Assembly: GCA_029856105.1 (NCBI GenBank)
Contig: JAHQWH010000007.1
Coordinates: 1 to 11,024 of the forward strand
Length of the DNA: 11,024 bases
Reading direction: 5' to 3'
Source: Promethearchaeia archaeon
GTDB taxonomy: Archaea > Asgardarchaeota > Lokiarchaeia > Sigyniarchaeales > SOKP01
Part shown: one piece after another, positions 1-7,673 of the stretch
How the letters are laid out: the number at the start of each line of letters is the position of its first letter
How positions within the stretch are numbered: the stretch's first letter is position 1
Notes under the pieces: generated by a model
The model's database searches: none
What the model was told of the DNA's origin: nothing
Seen by the model: only the letters and a program-made list of their open reading frames with translations
Made by a program: the position numbers and the translations under genes

Positions 1-1319
1 TACAGCCCTATCAATGAAAGTCCAAGGATGATTGCGGGATAAACACCCATTAAGATTTGGAGACCTAAAATTGTATTAACACCAGGATTTGGGTCATAGC
101 TTTGCCAATCTGTTGTACTGAAGACTATCCCTATTAAGACGAAATTAATAATCCACGATAATCTAATAAAGAAATTAAGGATAGCATAGTAAATACCTGA
201 TCGCCTTGTACCATGCATAACCTCATCTTCATCAATAATTTCTGCGATACATTGATCGTAGAAATACAATCCTCCGCCCAAACCAATTCCGTTGAAGATT
301 TGCACTATAAAAACCATTTCAATGTTGATCGAGAAAGCAAAAACAATTACAGGAATTATCCATGCTGCAATTCCTATCAATCCCGCCATACGAGCTCCTT
401 TTTTAACACGAATTTTTTCCCATAACGGAGTGGAAACGGCAGCTACAATGAACTGTAAAGCTAGAGCATAACCAATTAATTCCGTATCTGTAACCCCAAG
501 AGCATGGGTCATAAAAAGTGGTGCCAAAGTTGGTAAAATATTTATGGCAATCCATGTTCCTAAAGCAGGGATTAAAAACCATAGGAAAGATTTATTCTTA
601 AATGTAGTTTTCAGCGTTTTTGTAAAAGACATAGCGGTTTCAGCGTCTTTTGAGATGTATTTAGGTTCTTTCACACCCCATTTTAAAATTATGAAATATG
701 AGATAATAATTACAACAGCAGCAATAATTCCTGTTAACTGATATTGTGCTAGTGTTATATCTATATTGGCAGGAATTTTATTAGTAATATCTTCAATGAT
801 TAAAGTGGGAAGGAGAAACGCAAAAATCAGTGCAATCATCACAAAACTTATCCTAACTTTTCCTGTTGAACTACGAGCTTCCATCGTTACATACATTTCA
901 GAAAAAACAGCATTATAATTTAGATTAAACGCAGTATAAGTAGTATCAAAGAGAATAAGAATTATAAAGAAGTATATGAAGTTTATTATGTCCGAATTAA
1001 GAGCAAGAGGTGGTGTAAAAAGTAAAATCATTACTATTGCTAATGGAATAGTAGCGCCTAACATCCAAGGAATTCTTCTCCCCCATTTAGTTTTAGTACG
1101 GTCGGAAAGATATCCTATGAGTGGATCATTGATTGCGTTCCATAAACTCCATAAAATAAAACCACCAGTAATCCAAAGAACATCTAATCCTACAATTGCA
1201 TAGTAGAATGTAAAAATAAGGAATGTGAATGTTTGCATTGCTGTATTGTCTCCGACTTCCCCCATTGCAAATGCGATCCGTTTTCCTAAAGGAACTTTCT
1301 CAGATTTTCTTTCATTCAT
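1..1319 (-). CDS. MFS transporter, glycoside-pentoside-hexuronide (GPH/MelB-like) cation symporter family; 3'-partial (stop lies beyond the window start)
   Basis: Not in the ORF track. I translated the minus strand from ATG 1319 (in-frame TGA immediately upstream) to base 1 with no stop: MNERKSEKVPLGKRIAFAMGEVGD...LWNAINDPLIGYLSDRTKTKWGRRIPWM...IAEIIDEDEVMHGTRRSGIYY...GVYPAIILGLSLIGL. NDP-x2-G-x2-SDRT-x3-WGRR-x-PW and the DxDE-x3-G-x-RR-x-G loop are GPH family signatures; many hydrophobic segments. Confidence 0.93.
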   Translation of the reverse strand, partial: MNERKSEKVPLGKRIAFAMGEVGDNTAMQTFTFLIFTFYYAIVGLDVLWITGGFILWSLWNAINDPLIGYLSDRTKTKWGRRIPWMLGATIPLAIVMILLFTPPLALNSDIINFIYFFIILILFDTTYTAFNLNYNAVFSEMYVTMEARSSTGKVRISFVMIALIFAFLLPTLIIEDITNKIPANIDITLAQYQLTGIIAAVVIIISYFIILKWGVKEPKYISKDAETAMSFTKTLKTTFKNKSFLWFLIPALGTWIAINILPTLAPLFMTHALGVTDTELIGYALALQFIVAAVSTPLWEKIRVKKGARMAGLIGIAAWIIPVIVFAFSINIEMVFIVQIFNGIGLGGGLYFYDQCIAEIIDEDEVMHGTRRSGIYYAILNFFIRLSWIINFVLIGIVFSTTDWQSYDPNPGVNTILGLQILMGVYPAIILGLSLIGL

Positions 1320-1327
1320 TCATTCAT
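1311..1327. repeat. (TCAT)4 tetranucleotide microsatellite spanning the MFS start codon
   Basis: ttcattcattcattcat at 1311-1327, read as (ATGA)4 on the minus strand. Confidence 0.8.
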
Positions 1328-1467
1328 CAACCATTTTTTTATAAAATTAATTTTATTTTGTTAATCAAATTTAGATTTTTATTAATTTAAATCTTTAGCT
1401 AAAAATTTTTATTTAATATTAAATCTTGGTTTAGTGGGAAATAACCAATAACTTCCTAGAATATCTT

Positions 1468-1472
1468 GAGGT
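1468..1472 (+). promoter_or_regulatory. Shine-Dalgarno-like site for the dehydrogenase
   Basis: GAGGT 7 nt upstream of ATG 1480. Confidence 0.55.
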
Positions 1473-1479
1473 AAATAAA

Positions 1480-2529
1480 ATGAAAAAAATGTTAGCAGCA
1501 GTTTTTCATAAAGATGAAAAGTCGGGTGGAGAAATTAAATTAGAAGAAGTTGATATTCCTCGAATTAAAAAAGGGGATCATGTACTAATAGAAGTGAAGG
1601 CATCCGGTATCTGTGGAACTGATCTAAAGATATTAAAGGGAGGTCATCCTGCTACAGATAATACTATTTTGGGTCATGAATTTGTAGGAGTAGTTAAAGA
1701 AATCGGAGAAAATATTATTGATCTTAAGATTGGGGATAAAATTGTCGTTGATCCAAATGAAAAATGCGGTTATTGTATTAATTGTAGGAGGGGTCTCTCG
1801 AATCTATGTGAATATATGGCCCTAGGAACAACATTTGGGATATTTCAAAATGGAGGTTTTGCTAAATATTGTGTTTTACCAAGAAACGCACTATTCAAAC
1901 TTCCCGATTCTATTGATATGATAGCTGCAAGTTTAATTGAACCCTTATCATGTGCGGTTCATTGTCATAATATTGCGGATGTCAAGGAATCAGATAATGT
2001 TGTTATAATTGGAGCAGGACCTATGGGCTTAATTATCGAATCTGTTATAAGGAAACATCCAATAAAAAAATTAATTAGTATAGAAATAGATCAATGGCGT
2101 GGCCAGAAAGCATTAGAACTTGGTGCTGATCATTGGATTAATCCTAAAACCCAAGATGTAAAACAAGAAATTCAAAATATAACCAATGGTGAAGGAGCAG
2201 ATGTGATCATTGATGCCGTGGGGATTGCAGATACTTTTGAGATGGCAACGGCAATATGGGCTCCTGGTGCTCGATTAATTTGTTTTGGGCAAGACTATAG
2301 AGCTGAGGCAAAAATTAGACCAAATGACATTGTAAGATATCAGAGGAAAATCATGGGGTCTTATATTGGCTATCCCGAGGATTTTTTGGATGCGATCGAG
2401 CTAATTGCAAACAAGGTGATTGAAGTAGATAAATTAATCACTGCTAAAATTCATCTAGACGAAATAATTACTGCTGGATTTAACATTATGAAAGAAAAAA
2501 AATGTGTAAAAATAATTACTTTACCATAA
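1480..2529 (+). CDS. Zn-dependent medium-chain dehydrogenase/reductase (sorbitol/threonine dehydrogenase-like), probably NAD-dependent
   Basis: GICGTD (catalytic Zn Cys), GHEFVG, structural-Zn cluster CGYCINCRRGLSNLC, LIEPLSCAVH (Glu of the polyol/threonine DH type), Rossmann GAGPMG followed by an acidic residue (SIEID). Substrate cannot be assigned. Confidence 0.93.
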   Translation: MKKMLAAVFHKDEKSGGEIKLEEVDIPRIKKGDHVLIEVKASGICGTDLKILKGGHPATDNTILGHEFVGVVKEIGENIIDLKIGDKIVVDPNEKCGYCINCRRGLSNLCEYMALGTTFGIFQNGGFAKYCVLPRNALFKLPDSIDMIAASLIEPLSCAVHCHNIADVKESDNVVIIGAGPMGLIIESVIRKHPIKKLISIEIDQWRGQKALELGADHWINPKTQDVKQEIQNITNGEGADVIIDAVGIADTFEMATAIWAPGARLICFGQDYRAEAKIRPNDIVRYQRKIMGSYIGYPEDFLDAIELIANKVIEVDKLITAKIHLDEIITAGFNIMKEKKCVKIITLP

Positions 2530-2541
2530 TTTAGTTTATAC

Positions 2542-2548
2542 TTTTTTT
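2542..2548 (+). terminator. Possible oligo-T terminator of the dehydrogenase gene
   Basis: T7 run starting 13 nt after the stop codon; oligo-T termination is typical of archaea, but T runs are common in this AT-rich DNA. Confidence 0.3.
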
Positions 2549-2566
2549 CCAGTCGGAGGAACCTTA

Positions 2567-2644
2567 ATGAGCATCCCTCCACACATCCATAACCCAGATG
2601 TATTACAATTTTTAACAAAAAAGAGAAAAAATCAAATTGAGTAA
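2567..2644 (+). other. Possible 25-aa small ORF or gene remnant (MSIPPHIHNPDVLQFLTKKRKNQIE)
   Basis: GGAGGA at 2555-2560 lies 6 nt upstream of ATG 2567; TAA at 2642-2644; locally more GC-rich than the flanking intergenic DNA. Confidence 0.2.
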
Positions 2645-2708
2645 TCATTTAAAATACTGGAGTTATAAAATCATTCATGAAGATTAAGTTATTATTTCTT
2701 TAAATAAA

Positions 2709-2716
2709 TTTATATA
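2709..2716 (+). promoter_or_regulatory. Candidate archaeal TATA box for the three-gene cluster
   Basis: TTTATATA preceded by an A-rich stretch, about 120 nt upstream of ATG 2838; weak evidence in AT-rich DNA. Confidence 0.25.
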
Positions 2717-2837
2717 AAAATTGTCTTATTAATTTATGGGATAAGTATATATGTGAATATTTTTTGACGAATTAGGATAATTTTTATGGAAAAAGAAGAT
2801 TTTGTAGAATAATCAATAGTGAAACAGAGACATTAAC

Positions 2838-5800
2838 ATGTTTAAAAGAATTAATAGAAAATATTTTATCCTCTTAATTTTATTAATTTTTATTTCTAAT
2901 TTGTATATGCTAACTTTTCTTTCACATACTTACCTGAATATAGATGGCGATAGTAATATTTCTGATCAAATAACTACTGAACCTGTATCGCTTAAATCGT
3001 CTTCTACAATTGAAAGTACGAGAATTACAGAAGAAACTCAATATACAAACGATTTTACTGTTAATATGCCTTCGGTTCGCCCCGATGGAGATTTATACAT
3101 TGCCCAAATAGTCACGGATTATGATACAATTATTACTCACAATTCAAGTCTTTGGACGAAAATTGAAAATGAAGCTAATGCTGGTTCTGGATCTGATGTT
3201 AGGTTTGCTTCTTATTGGAGAATAGGTAGCTCGGAACCAGCAACATACACATGGAATTCTTCCTTGTCCGTGTTATGGATTGGAGCAATTCATCGTATTA
3301 GTGGATTTGATCTTAACAATCCAATCCACAATTCGAGTTTTTCAACAGGAATGAGTGCAAATCCTACCGCACCTTCTGTAAATACGATTATTGATGATTG
3401 CTTAATTCTCCGTATGTTTGGGGCAGATAATAATCGAACAGTACCAACATATTGGCCTAGTGGGACGACTCCTATATTTCAAGAAGATTTAGGATTAAAT
3501 TCAATAATGAGCGCTGCTGCTTATCATAATCAATCTCTCGCGGGTAGTACAGGTACAGCTCAATTTACAATGGAAGCGAATGATAAATGGGTAGCAATTA
3601 CAATAGCAATTAGCCCTGAACCAGAAAAGATTCCCCCCACTTTTTCAAACTTAACTGAAAGTGCAGATCCTTTGGAGTTGGGTGAAACTGAGACAATTAG
3701 GATTAACACTTCTGATCCTTCGGGGATTAACCAAGTATTGATTGAATTTGAGGGTTCTAACCACTCAATGACTAATGTAAGTGGAGATATGTGGCAATAC
3801 GATTCTTGGATTCCATTTAGCACCGGAAATAAATCGTATACGATATGGATGGAAGATAATAATAATAATTGGAATTCAACTAGTGGTTCGATACTGGTCA
3901 TTGATACAACCTCACCAACCTATTCAGATTTAATTGAAAGCGCTAATCCTTTACCATTAGGTCAAAATGAAACGATCTCCATTAAAGTTTTTGATTCTCC
4001 TGGTTCTGGAGTGAACCAAGTTATAATAGAATATGAATCATTGAATCACACAATGAATAATATTGGTACAAATACATGGAGCTGGAGTAACTGGAAGCCA
4101 TCTTCTGAAAGTACTTTTACTTATAAAATATACATGCAAGATAATCAAAATAATTGGAACATTACCGAAAGTTTTAACATTACTGTAATAACCACAACCG
4201 CACCAATTTTAGGAAACATTACTGAAAGTGCTAATCCTTTAGAATTAGGAAATAATATTACCATTTTTGTTGATGTTTTTGATAATGAAACTAGTGTATC
4301 AATAGTGTTAATCGAATTAGAGGGTATAAATTATACGATGATATATGATAGGGGGAATACATTCAACTACACCTGGACTAGAAGCACTGTAGGGTTCGTT
4401 ATGTATACAATTTATGCCAACGATACGGGAAATAATTGGAATAAATTAACCAGTAGTTTTGATATTATAGACACGACTTCCCCTAATTATGCTAATTTAA
4501 CAGAAAGTTCACATTTTTTAGAATTTGGTGACACACTAACAGTTACAATAGATGCCTTCGATCTATCTGGAATTAACCAGGTTAGAATTGAATTTGAAGG
4601 AAATAATCATTCTATGTCGAATATCAGCGTTAGCACTTGGCAATATGATATGTGGACTCCTTCAAGTACGGGAATCCATTTTTACACTATATGGATCGAA
4701 GATAATAATAACAATTGGAATTTTACGATAAGTAATATTACGGTTCAAGATACCATTTCGCCTATTTATTCAGATTTAATAGAGAGTGGTGATCCCATCG
4801 AGTTGGGTACTCCATTAATCATAACGATTACTGTTTATGATTTAGCTGAAATCAAAAATGTATTGTTAGAATTTGAAGGTTCAAATCACTCAATGGTAAA
4901 TGTGGGAGGAGATTTATGGCGATACGACTCATGGATGCCAAATCGTGCAGGTAACCATTCATATACTATACACATGGAAGATAACAACAATAATCATAAC
5001 TCCACTAATGGTTCAATAGAATTTCAAGATACAACTTCGCCTGTTTATTCAGATTTAATTGAGAGCTCTGATCCTTTAGAATTAGGGAATGCTGAGATCA
5101 TAACAATTGAAATTAATGACTTTGGGGGTATAAATAAGAGTTTAATAGAATTTGAAGGTACAAACAATTCTATGACAAACATCTATGGAAATATTTGGCA
5201 ATACGATTCTTGGACTCCAAATTTTTGGACTGTTTATCAATATATAATATATATAGAAGATAATAGTGGTAACAACAATCTTGCTATTGGCAATATTACT
5301 GTCCAAGATACTACTCCCCCGGCACCACCCATAATAACTTACGGTCCAAGCGGAGATGTTAGTGGTGTCCTGACATTTGATTGGATAGACGGCTCTGATC
5401 CATCAGGAATCTCTTTTTACGTTTTACTGATTGATAATGAATCTGACCCAGATATAACACCAGGTTATGTTTTTATGTCTAATATTACAAACATAGGGCC
5501 TGAAAGCAGTTATTTTGAATTACACGAAGTGATTCCCCCTGGGAGTTACTACTTTTTTTTAATACAAATTGATGGATTAGGCCACCAAAGTAGTTATACG
5601 GTGGGAACTTTTGATTTGATTTCAGTTGGCAACGGAAATAATGAGTTTATGCTTTTTGTCATTATAGGAATTATATTCGCAAGTGCAATTGGTTCTATTA
5701 CTACAATTGTTATAGTAAAAAGAAAAATCCAAAAAGATAGCCTTCCCCGAAGGAAAAAAATTCCACTTAAGATAATATTATCACATATAGATAATATTTC

Positions 5801-6440
5801 AGACTCATCTCAAAGTTCTGAAAAAATTGCTATTCAAAAAGTAAAGAAGCAAAAAGAATCAATCGATGATAAAGAGTTAATGGCTCGAATAAATAAAATT
5901 AAAATTTGCGGTGAAAATTTGTTCAATGAAGGTGCTTATTTAGAAGCTCAAAGGGAATTTGAGACTGCAGAGAAAATTCTTTTAAAATTGGGGAGAAAAG
6001 AAGAAGCATCACTATTTTCGGATTTAACCATCGAAATTAAAGAATTAAGTGAAGACCGTGATAAGAAACTTGAAACCTTAGAAGAAGCAAAATTAGAGAA
6101 CGATTCATTAAAAATCTTTGAGATATATTATGACTTAATCGAATTATCAAAAAAATTAAAAGATTATGATTCGGCCAGTATGTATTTATCTGAATTAACT
6201 CAATTCTATCAAACTGATCAAATTATGTTAAGAGGGTTAAAGTCTCAAAGGTTTAATTTATGTATACAAGCAAATCTACTAATAGAAAAAAAAAAATATA
6301 AAAAATCAGCAGGAATTTTCGAATTATGCGAAAAAATATCCCAGTTTTTAATACAAATTGATAAAGAAAATGGAAAAGATAAAACGGAGAAATTTAAAGC
6401 GAAAATTAAGGAGTGCTTAAATAAGGCATCTCAAAAATAA
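2838..6440 (+). CDS. Large membrane-anchored cell-surface protein: signal/anchor, N-terminal beta domain, six Ig-like repeats, FN3-like domain, TM helix, cytoplasmic helical (TPR-like) tail
   Basis: Basic then hydrophobic N-terminus (MFKRINRKYFILLILLIFISNLYMLTFL); repeats at aa 263-823; DTTPPAPP...FDW...DPSGISFY...GSYYFFLIQIDGLGHQS domain at aa 824-930; TM aa ~937-960 followed by KRK...RRKK (positive-inside rule); K/E/L-rich helical tail at aa 961-1200. Confidence 0.88.
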   Translation: MFKRINRKYFILLILLIFISNLYMLTFLSHTYLNIDGDSNISDQITTEPVSLKSSSTIESTRITEETQYTNDFTVNMPSVRPDGDLYIAQIVTDYDTIITHNSSLWTKIENEANAGSGSDVRFASYWRIGSSEPATYTWNSSLSVLWIGAIHRISGFDLNNPIHNSSFSTGMSANPTAPSVNTIIDDCLILRMFGADNNRTVPTYWPSGTTPIFQEDLGLNSIMSAAAYHNQSLAGSTGTAQFTMEANDKWVAITIAISPEPEKIPPTFSNLTESADPLELGETETIRINTSDPSGINQVLIEFEGSNHSMTNVSGDMWQYDSWIPFSTGNKSYTIWMEDNNNNWNSTSGSILVIDTTSPTYSDLIESANPLPLGQNETISIKVFDSPGSGVNQVIIEYESLNHTMNNIGTNTWSWSNWKPSSESTFTYKIYMQDNQNNWNITESFNITVITTTAPILGNITESANPLELGNNITIFVDVFDNETSVSIVLIELEGINYTMIYDRGNTFNYTWTRSTVGFVMYTIYANDTGNNWNKLTSSFDIIDTTSPNYANLTESSHFLEFGDTLTVTIDAFDLSGINQVRIEFEGNNHSMSNISVSTWQYDMWTPSSTGIHFYTIWIEDNNNNWNFTISNITVQDTISPIYSDLIESGDPIELGTPLIITITVYDLAEIKNVLLEFEGSNHSMVNVGGDLWRYDSWMPNRAGNHSYTIHMEDNNNNHNSTNGSIEFQDTTSPVYSDLIESSDPLELGNAEIITIEINDFGGINKSLIEFEGTNNSMTNIYGNIWQYDSWTPNFWTVYQYIIYIEDNSGNNNLAIGNITVQDTTPPAPPIITYGPSGDVSGVLTFDWIDGSDPSGISFYVLLIDNESDPDITPGYVFMSNITNIGPESSYFELHEVIPPGSYYFFLIQIDGLGHQSSYTVGTFDLISVGNGNNEFMLFVIIGIIFASAIGSITTIVIVKRKIQKDSLPRRKKIPLKIILSHIDNISDSSQSSEKIAIQKVKKQKESIDDKELMARINKIKICGENLFNEGAYLEAQREFETAEKILLKLGRKEEASLFSDLTIEIKELSEDRDKKLETLEEAKLENDSLKIFEIYYDLIELSKKLKDYDSASMYLSELTQFYQTDQIMLRGLKSQRFNLCIQANLLIEKKKYKKSAGIFELCEKISQFLIQIDKENGKDKTEKFKAKIKECLNKASQK
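3624..5306 (+). repeat. Six tandem intragenic ~93-aa (~279-bp) Ig-like repeats
   Basis: Units start at nt 3624, 3903, 4191, 4470, 4749 and 5028 (93, 96, 93, 93, 93, 93 aa). Consensus DTTSPxYSDLxESxDPLELG...D.SGINxVxIEFEGxNHSMxN..G..WQYDSWxP...Y.I..EDNNNNWN...I.V. Confidence 0.9.
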
Positions 6441-6457
6441 AATATAGGAAAAATATT

Positions 6458-7657
6458 ATGAAAAAAATTCCCGGAACATTATTTCAGTTGAGAATTAAAA
6501 GTACAAAAGAAAATAAATTTAATTTGAATGTTTGGTATAGAGATCAGCTAGTTTATGAAAAAACAAGCTTAGTAAAAGAATCAATAACAAATGAGATTCA
6601 ATTTTTTTTTGAAGGTAGAAACTTAAGTATCCCGCGTAACAGAATCGATTGGATTGTTAAAGAGGAGCTATCTAATGTTTCTTCTGCTGGTGATGAAACA
6701 TTTATTGAAAGCACAGTCTCTAATTTAATTGGAGAATTTCAAAAGAAACCACCGGAGGAGATCAAAAAGATTATTCTGATTGGTCTCTCTAATGCTGGAA
6801 AAACTTGCATCTATGAACGTGTATTTGAAGGAAAGAAACCATGGGAATTATTAAATTCAGCCGCTACTAAAGGAATTACTTATAAGGAATATAAAGTTGG
6901 TTCGATATCAAAACCGATGATTTGGGATTTAGGAGGACAACAACAATATCTTGATGAATATCATGGTGTTTTAAGAAATAATATATTTAAAAAAGCTTCG
7001 ACACTGCTTTATGTTCTAGATGTAACTGACTCAGATCGGTACGAAAATGCTCGGAGTGAATTCGAGTGGAGTGCAAATCAAATCCTTTCATATAATCCAA
7101 GTGCTAAAATAAATGTTTTCTTTCATAAAATTGACCTTATTCATAATGAGGGTGAAGTAGTTGCTTATTTAAAGAAATTATTATCCCAAAATATATCTCA
7201 TAAAATAACATTCCATTCAACTTCCATACATGGACAATCTCTTTTTGCTGCTTGGAGTGAAATAATTCGAGAAATTTCACCTAAAACTACATTCATTAAT
7301 TCCATATTATATTCATTGAAAAATTATGAAGGTGTCAAAGATGTTGTGCTACTTGAAAAAGCAACTGGACTTGCGTGTGGCTCTACTTTTGAGATCTCTG
7401 ATGAAGATGTTGCAGTCGGCATGTTGTCGTTATTAATGATCACAATTAATAAAGTCACAAGAGAAATGAAATTACAAAATTTTAAGGAATTTAAATTAAT
7501 GACAGATTCCAATTACATACTAATAAATAATGTAACGAAAGATCTATTGCTAATTATCATTCTAACTAACATAGATCTTAGTAATGATATAATTCTTGAG
7601 ATTGAAGCAATAGGAAAAGAAGTATCCAAGCAAATCAGAAACTTATGGGTTGAATAA
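6458..7657 (+). CDS. Rag (Gtr1/RagA)-like small GTPase with C-terminal roadblock-like domain and ~100-aa N-terminal extension
   Basis: G1 GLSNAGKT (nt 6782), G2 ATKG, G3 WDLGGQ (6923), Rag-type G4 HKID (7124), G5 TSIH (7220), then SLFAAWSEIIREISP...VKDVVLLEKATGL, which parallels the RagA segment TLYKAWSSIVYQLIP...ADEVLLFERATFL (recalled from memory). AGGA at 6446-6449 upstream. Confidence 0.88.
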   Translation: MKKIPGTLFQLRIKSTKENKFNLNVWYRDQLVYEKTSLVKESITNEIQFFFEGRNLSIPRNRIDWIVKEELSNVSSAGDETFIESTVSNLIGEFQKKPPEEIKKIILIGLSNAGKTCIYERVFEGKKPWELLNSAATKGITYKEYKVGSISKPMIWDLGGQQQYLDEYHGVLRNNIFKKASTLLYVLDVTDSDRYENARSEFEWSANQILSYNPSAKINVFFHKIDLIHNEGEVVAYLKKLLSQNISHKITFHSTSIHGQSLFAAWSEIIREISPKTTFINSILYSLKNYEGVKDVVLLEKATGLACGSTFEISDEDVAVGMLSLLMITINKVTREMKLQNFKEFKLMTDSNYILINNVTKDLLLIIILTNIDLSNDIILEIEAIGKEVSKQIRNLWVE

Positions 7658-7662
7658 GAGGT
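7658..7662 (+). promoter_or_regulatory. Shine-Dalgarno-like site between the GTPase and longin genes
   Basis: GAGGT directly after the GTPase stop, 11 nt upstream of ATG 7674. Confidence 0.45.
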
Positions 7663-7673
7663 ACTAAAGAGAA

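Noticed and set aside
213-1203. Three short plus-strand ORFs (213..425, 544..741, 976..1203)
   Set aside because: Antisense shadows of the intact minus-strand MFS gene; no recognisable motifs.
2451-2648. 65-aa minus-strand ORF, and a 16-aa ORF in another minus frame ending PPTGKKV (reminiscent of SnoaL-like proteins)
   Set aside because: The first overlaps the dehydrogenase 3' end in antisense and has no family features; the second is too short and is closed by a nearby upstream stop.
2786-2812. 8-codon upstream ORF MEKEDFVE before the surface-protein gene
   Set aside because: ORFs this short are expected by chance; only a weak SD-like AGGA supports it.
3560-3901. 113-aa minus-strand ORF
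   Set aside because: Lies wholly antisense within the repeat-containing 1200-aa gene.
3624-5306. Recurrent DNA motifs (e.g. tattcagatttaat, gaatttgaagg, gaagataa(t/c)aa(t/c)aa(t/c)aat) as a possible CRISPR array or DGR template/variable repeat
   Set aside because: The period is ~279 bp and in frame, divergence is general rather than adenine-specific, and no cas or reverse transcriptase gene is in the window; they are protein-domain repeats.
6286-6296. A11 tract in the cytoplasmic-tail coding region as a phase-variation or frameshift site
   Set aside because: The frame is intact (EKKK) and A runs are common in Lys-rich AT-rich genes; it would need read-level length variation to support it.
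7324-7512. 62-aa minus-strand ORF
   Set aside because: Antisense shadow inside the GTPase gene.
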